A program made the position numbers and the translations under genes. DNA of 39,883 bases, taken from the sequence record NC_048002.1. One strand, written 5' to 3'. The notes beneath the pieces were generated by a model, which worked only from the letters and a program-made list of their open reading frames with translations, was not told where the DNA came from and ran no database searches. This DNA is from Escherichia phage SRT7. This document shows, piece by piece, positions 38,155-39,883 of the stretch (position 1 is its first letter; every line of letters starts with the position of its first letter).

Positions 38155-38312
38155 TTGAATAGCCCCTCACGTTTATCATAATCGCGCTTGTTAGCGTCAT
38201 GCCATGCCTTAAGTTTAGCCATAGTTTCATCATGTGAGCGGTCGCCCAGTTGGTACAAGAGGCGATACATGACCATGATACTTTGAGAGATACCATAAGT
38301 TGGCTTGTTCAT
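38151..38312 (-). CDS. Small early protein (53 aa)
   Basis: ATG directly after SAMase stop (TAAATG) with GGGAGG RBS 8 nt upstream. Confidence 0.6.
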   Translation of the reverse strand: MNKPTYGISQSIMVMYRLLYQLGDRSHDETMAKLKAWHDANKRDYDKREGLFK

Positions 38313-38765
38313 TTAGATTACCTCCCAGATACGCCCTTCAGCGTCCATTGTGTAGCACTCACCCTCAGGTGCATCCACTTGCTGGAAGGAGCCATTCAGT
38401 CGAGTCGCCTTGTACCCCTCCAGACCCTTACAGAACAGTAGACCAGCGGTGTGAGTCTGTGACTTATAAACCATCACACAGTCTTGCTCAAAGTCATTAC
38501 AGGCCAAACGTGCCACGTTGATAGCTTGCGCCTTGTTGTCACACAATACACGATAGGTGCGCTCGGTGGTAGCGACCTCCTGACCCTCTTCACGATAGCA
38601 GCCAGTCAGACCAGTACACTCAAGGACACCGTAATATTCCGGCTCAGCCTGTAAGAGCGCCTTAAGGTCCAGTTGACGTGCCATGTTGACCATATCGGAC
38701 AGGTTAGCACGTGCAGCGGAGACCAGTACATAGAATTTGTTAGCTGGTTCGTTCGTGTAAATCAT
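38313..38765 (-). CDS. gp0.3: S-adenosyl-L-methionine hydrolase/lyase (T3 gp0.3-like SAMase, anti-restriction)
   Basis: 150 aa; EPAN.FYVLVSA...DLTGCYRE...KAQA.NVARLACN..EQDC..VYKSQTHTAGL matches recalled T3 SAMase; first gene after early promoters. Confidence 0.85.
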   Translation of the reverse strand: MIYTNEPANKFYVLVSAARANLSDMVNMARQLDLKALLQAEPEYYGVLECTGLTGCYREEGQEVATTERTYRVLCDNKAQAINVARLACNDFEQDCVMVYKSQTHTAGLLFCKGLEGYKATRLNGSFQQVDAPEGECYTMDAEGRIWEVI

Positions 38766-38990
38766 GATGTTTCTCCATAGGTTAGATTAGTGATTATCAT
38801 AATGGGACACTGGACGCTCATCTTGAGCCCGTCTCGCGGTAGTCTGTTACAGTGCCCATGAGTTAATCGCTATTGTCGCTATCGTTCTCATGAGTGTTGA
38901 TTATCCAAATTGTTAAAGAACATTCGGTTCATCCAGAGGGAATCACCTAGACCCTTTCAGTGTCGGTCATCACGTTGCTTGTTGGACACT

Positions 38991-39019
38991 AAGTTACTAC
39001 GCTAAGTACACATTGTCAA
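38991..39019 (-). promoter_or_regulatory. Candidate host sigma70 early promoter (A3-like)
   Basis: Minus TTGACA-17nt-TAACTT; near-duplicate of the promoter at 39153-39181. Confidence 0.5.
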
Positions 39020-39066
39020 GCTATTTGTTCACTTAGCGTAGCACCTTAAGTATCGTGCTAATCGTT

Positions 39067-39091
39067 CACCTCAGGTATTCGCGCTGAGGCA
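39067..39091 (-). promoter_or_regulatory. Stable hairpin in early leader (possible processing site)
   Basis: Plus cacctcag-gtattcgcg-ctgaggca; 8-bp stem on minus RNA including two GU pairs; followed by CATGTAG..TATCAG resembling the RNase III motif family. Confidence 0.35.
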
Positions 39092-39152
39092 CCGCATAGA
39101 CCATGTAGTTTATCAGTTCGGTCTCGCTGTACTGCTGTGTTGCTTGCTATCT

Positions 39153-39181
39153 AAGTTACTGCGTTTCGTTCTGCATGTCAA
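39153..39181 (-). promoter_or_regulatory. Candidate host sigma70 early promoter (A2-like)
   Basis: Minus TTGACA-17nt-TAACTT. Confidence 0.5.
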
Positions 39182-39305
39182 CACTTTATTTCGTTAGGTG
39201 GCTCTGCGTAGTTCCTTAGGCGTTCTATCGTGTGGACTCGAACCCGTCAACCTATCAGACCACTTAGAGACGCTATCGCAGCGTGTCGTCGTGTTGATGG
39301 ATGCT

Positions 39306-39334
39306 ATTAAGCCATAGACCGATGAGGATGTCAA
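39306..39334 (-). promoter_or_regulatory. Candidate host sigma70 early promoter (A1-like)
   Basis: Minus TTGACA-17nt-CTTAAT; spacing to A2/A3 candidates (~150 bp) mirrors T7 A1-A3. Confidence 0.4.
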
Positions 39335-39384
39335 CACTTAATGATAAACTTTATGAAATACTTTAAGTATGGGCTTATAGGTTA

Positions 39385-39406
39385 GCTCCTTATAGTGTGG
39401 GTTAAT
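39385..39406 (-). promoter_or_regulatory. Phage RNAP promoter (phiOL-like; AAGGAGC initiating variant)
   Basis: Minus ATTAACCCACACTATAAGGAGC, ~300 bp inside the left terminal repeat. Confidence 0.7.
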
Positions 39407-39708
39407 AGGCCGTGATAATAGCTATTGACTCTTTGGTCTCTTTAAGTTACCTTATAAGCGTACCACAGATAGACCGCTCTTTAACAATCTGACCAGTAGC
39501 ACCAGCATCACAGCAAAGATGCGACCAATAAGCCCTGAGAGCCTAGCTAATCACCTCTCTGATAAACTGATAGCAAACCATAAGCCATGAGACTGACGGT
39601 CTCTGATAAGCGTCACAGCGCTACTGAGAGTAAACCAAAGGATGGGCACCGACCAAAGGTGATGACCTGAGGTGACATTGAGTGATGACCTTATGATGTC
39701 CAACAGAT

Positions 39709-39883
39709 AGGGACTGAGGCATAACCAAATGTCACCAAAGGTCTCCCAAATGTCACCAAATGTCTCACCGCACCACCTCAGGAGAACCAAAGGTGAACTG
39801 AAAGAGGAACCAAAGGGGAAAGGGACACCAAAGGTGAACTGAAAGAGGCCTATGGGGGAACTTTGGGAGTTGTATCTTTGAGA
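39709..39883. repeat. Direct terminal repeat, 175 bp, identical to 1-175 (phage left-end copy)
   Basis: Exact match to the first 175 nt of the window. Confidence 0.95.

Noticed and set aside
38033-38296. 87-aa minus-strand ORF in the early region
   Set aside because: No RBS before its ATG, whereas the alternative frames give a chain of coupled small ORFs starting with a GGGAGG RBS right after the SAMase stop.
39222-39250. Fourth sigma70-like promoter candidate (minus TTGACG-17nt-TAGAAC)
   Set aside because: The -10 hexamer lacks the conserved final T and the site breaks the regular spacing of the other three.

Overview
The window is a complete ~39.9 kb genome of a T7/T3-like podophage (Autographiviridae-type), presented as the reverse complement of the conventional map. 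It is bounded by 175-bp direct terminal repeats (1-175 = 39709-39883). All genes are on the minus strand, colinear with T7/T3: SAMase (0.3), early small genes, kinase (0.7), RNA polymerase (1), 1.1, 1.2, ligase (1.3), 1.6, 1.7, 2, SSB (2.5), endonuclease (3), lysozyme (3.5), primase-helicase (4A/4B), DNA polymerase (5), 5.5, 5.7, exonuclease (6), 6.5, 6.7, 7.3, portal (8), scaffold (9), capsid (10A/10B), tail tube (11, 12), internal core (13-16), tail fibre (17), holin (17.5), terminase small (18), spanins (18.5/18.7), terminase large (19). Twelve copies of a 22-bp phage-RNAP promoter (minus-strand ATTAACCCACACTATAGGGAGA), a T-phi-like terminator, a conserved capsid -1 frameshift site, four related RNase III-type hairpins and three candidate host sigma70 early promoters were read directly from the sequence. 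Homology calls rest on recalled T7/T3 protein sequences and gene order, not on a database search. The least conventional content is the early region between SAMase and kinase (an HTH protein plus small coupled ORFs), a 130-aa gene at the gene 5.9 locus, and RNAP specificity-loop substitutions that co-vary with the promoter sequence. Plus-strand ORFs in the track are antisense artefacts.
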